Shown: piece by piece, positions 62,027-64,000 of the stretch
How the letters are laid out: each line of letters begins with the position of its first letter
Position numbering within the stretch: the first letter of the stretch is position 1
NCBI RefSeq assembly: GCF_018350175.1
Contig: NC_058369.1
Span: forward strand, 18,602,001-18,666,000
Reading direction: 5' to 3'
DNA: 64,000 nt
Source: Felis catus
Lineage: Eukaryota
Made by a program: the position numbers and the translations under genes
The notes under the pieces: model-generated
What the model saw: the letters and a program-made list of their open reading frames with translations, nothing else
Told to the model about the DNA's origin: nothing
Databases searched by the model: none

Positions 62027-62125
62027 TTCCTTCCTTCCTTCCTTCCTTCCTTCCTTCCTCCCTCTCCCTCCCTTGTTCCCTCTCTTCCTTCCTTCCCTCA
62101 CTTTATTCCCTTCCTTCCTTCCTTT
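61973..62125 (+). repeat. (TTTC)n(TTCC)n polypyrimidine tract, probably derived from an antisense L1 tail
   Basis: Read directly from the sequence; abuts the L1 3' end at ~62126. Confidence 0.9.
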
Positions 62126-63717
62126 TTCATTTATTTAAATCCAAGTTAGTTAACATATAGTGTAATATTGGTTTCAGGAACAGAATATAGTGATTCATTA
62201 CTTGCATGTAACACCCAGTGCTCATCCCAGCAAGTGCCCTCCTTAATGCCCATCACCCATTTAGCCCATCCCCCTACCCACCTCCCCTCCAGCAACCCTC
62301 AGTTTGTTCTGTGTTTAAGTCTTTCTTATGGTTTGCCTCCCTTTCTGTTTTTATCTTATTTTTCCTTCCCTTCCCCTGTGTTCATCTGTTTTGTTTCTTA
62401 AATTCCACACAAGTGAAATCATATATTTGTCTTTCTCTGACTTATTTCACTTAGCATAATAGACTGTAATTCCATCCATGTTGTTATAAATGGCAAGATT
62501 TCATTCTTTTTGATTGCTGAGTAATAGTCCATTGTATGTATATACCACATCTTCTTTATCCATTCATCAGTCAATGGACATTTGGGCTCTTTCCATTATT
62601 TGGCTATTGTTGATAGTGTTGCTATAAACATTGGGGTGCAGGTGCCCCTTCAAATCAGCATTTTCTTATCCATTTTTTTTTGAGAGAGAGTTTATTTTTG
62701 AGAGAGAGGAAGAGAAACAGAGCGTGAGCAGGGCAGGAGCAGAGAGGGAGAGGTAGACACAGAATCTGAAGCAGGCTCCAGCCTCCGAGCTGTCAGCACA
62801 GAGCCCGATGCAGGGCTTGAACTCACGAATCGTGAGATCATGACCTGAGCCAAAGTCAGCTACTTAACTGACTGAGGCACCCAGATGCCCCTCTTTAATT
62901 AAACAGAAATTTTTTAATGTTTATTTATTTTTGAGGGACAGAGACAGAGAGAGACAGAGCATGAACAGGAGAGGGGCAGAGAGAGAGGGAGACACAGAAT
63001 CTATCAGCCCAGAGCCCGATGCAGGACTCAAACTCATGAACTGTGAGATTATGACCTGAGATGAAGTTGGACAATTAACCAACTGAGCCATCCAGGCACC
63101 CCAACATTTTTGTATCCTTTAGGTAAATACTTAATAGTGCAGTTTCTGGGTTGTAGGGTAGTTCTATTTTTAATTAAAAAAAATTTTAAATATTTATTTA
63201 TTTTTGAAAGTGAGAGACAGAATGAATGGGGGAGGGACAAAGAAGGAGGGAGACGCAGAATCTGAAGCGGGCTCCAGACTCCAAGCTGTCAGCACAGAGC
63301 CCGACGTGGGGCTTGAACTGTGAGATCATGACCTGAGCTGAAGTCAAGAGTCAGACACTTAACCGACTGAGCCACCCAGGTGCCCCTCTATTTTTGATTT
63401 TTTGAAGAACCTCCATAATTTTCCAGGGTGGCTGCAGCAATTTGTATTCCTACCCAACAGTGCAAAAGTGTTCCCTTTTCTAGACTGGAGTATTTTCTTT
63501 TTTCTTTTTTTAATGTTTTTATTTATATTTGAGAGAGAGTGAGAAAGAAAGTGCACGTGTGCACACAAGAGAGCTGGGGAGGGGCAGAGAGAGAAAATCT
63601 GAAGCAGGCCTTGCATTGACGACAGAGAGCCTGATACAGGGCTCAAACTCAGGACCCATGAGATCATTTCCTGAGCCAAAGTTGGATGCTTAACAGACTG
63701 AGCCATCTAGGCACCCC
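62126..63717 (-). mobile_element. Carnivore L1 3' end interrupted and followed by SINEs (62673-62890, 62910-63102, 63175-63387, 63500-63717)
   Basis: L1_Carn 3'UTR antisense (aagttagttaacatatagtgtaatattggtttcagg...tctctgacttatttcacttagcataat...) with SINEC bodies. Confidence 0.88.
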
Positions 63718-64000
63718 TGGAGTATTTTCAATCAAAATACAATATCATTTCACTCATAAATACTTTAGGATGTACCTCTAGTTAAGAGCTGTTTTTATTT
63801 TAATCCAATGACATTATCACAGCCAACAAAGTTGAGTATAATTTCTTATATAACTTAATACTGAATCCATGTTCCATTTTACTTGAGTATCTCAAAAATG
63901 GCTTTTTAGGGTTGTTTTGTTCAAATCAAGATCCAAACAAACATTGCATATATATAGAATATTATACATATACATACACACATGTATATGTAATGTATAT

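Noticed and set aside
4339..63706. Many 60-125 aa ORFs starting MAQSVK.../ending ...SLSLKNK, or rich in ERERE
   Set aside because: They are translations of Can-SINE copies, not genes.
1..64000. CRISPR array, tRNA genes, operon-like or viral systems
   Set aside because: No regularly spaced repeat-spacer structure; tRNA-like A/B boxes all belong to SINE heads; no gag/pol/env or prokaryotic ORFs seen.

Overview
Mammalian genomic DNA from a carnivore, very probably a felid (dense Can-SINE/SINEC_Fc-type elements and a felid-type L1 tail). The window covers most of the dystroglycan gene DAG1 on the + strand: the distal first intron, the first coding exon (ATG 21531, donor after 21806), a 15.3-kb intron and the large last exon (CDS 37147-39549, 892 aa in total, 3'UTR to ~41967). 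About 9 kb of intergenic DNA with a CpG-rich CTCF site follows, then the CpG-island promoter, first exon (ATG 51239, donor after 51486) and start of intron 1 of the presynaptic scaffold gene Bassoon (BSN). The rest is mostly SINEs, L1/L2/MIR, MLT and MER relics, plus a tailless 5S rRNA retropseudogene. No prokaryotic-type system or unrecognised protein-coding gene is evident. The most interesting signals are regulatory: a split (non-canonical) REST/RE1 site and a C9orf72-type (GGCCCC)7 repeat inside BSN coding exon 1, paired RFX X-boxes in the DAG1 3'UTR, strong-Kozak uORFs in both genes, and a candidate recursive splice site in DAG1 intron 1. Repeat boundaries and subfamily names are approximate because they were judged by eye.
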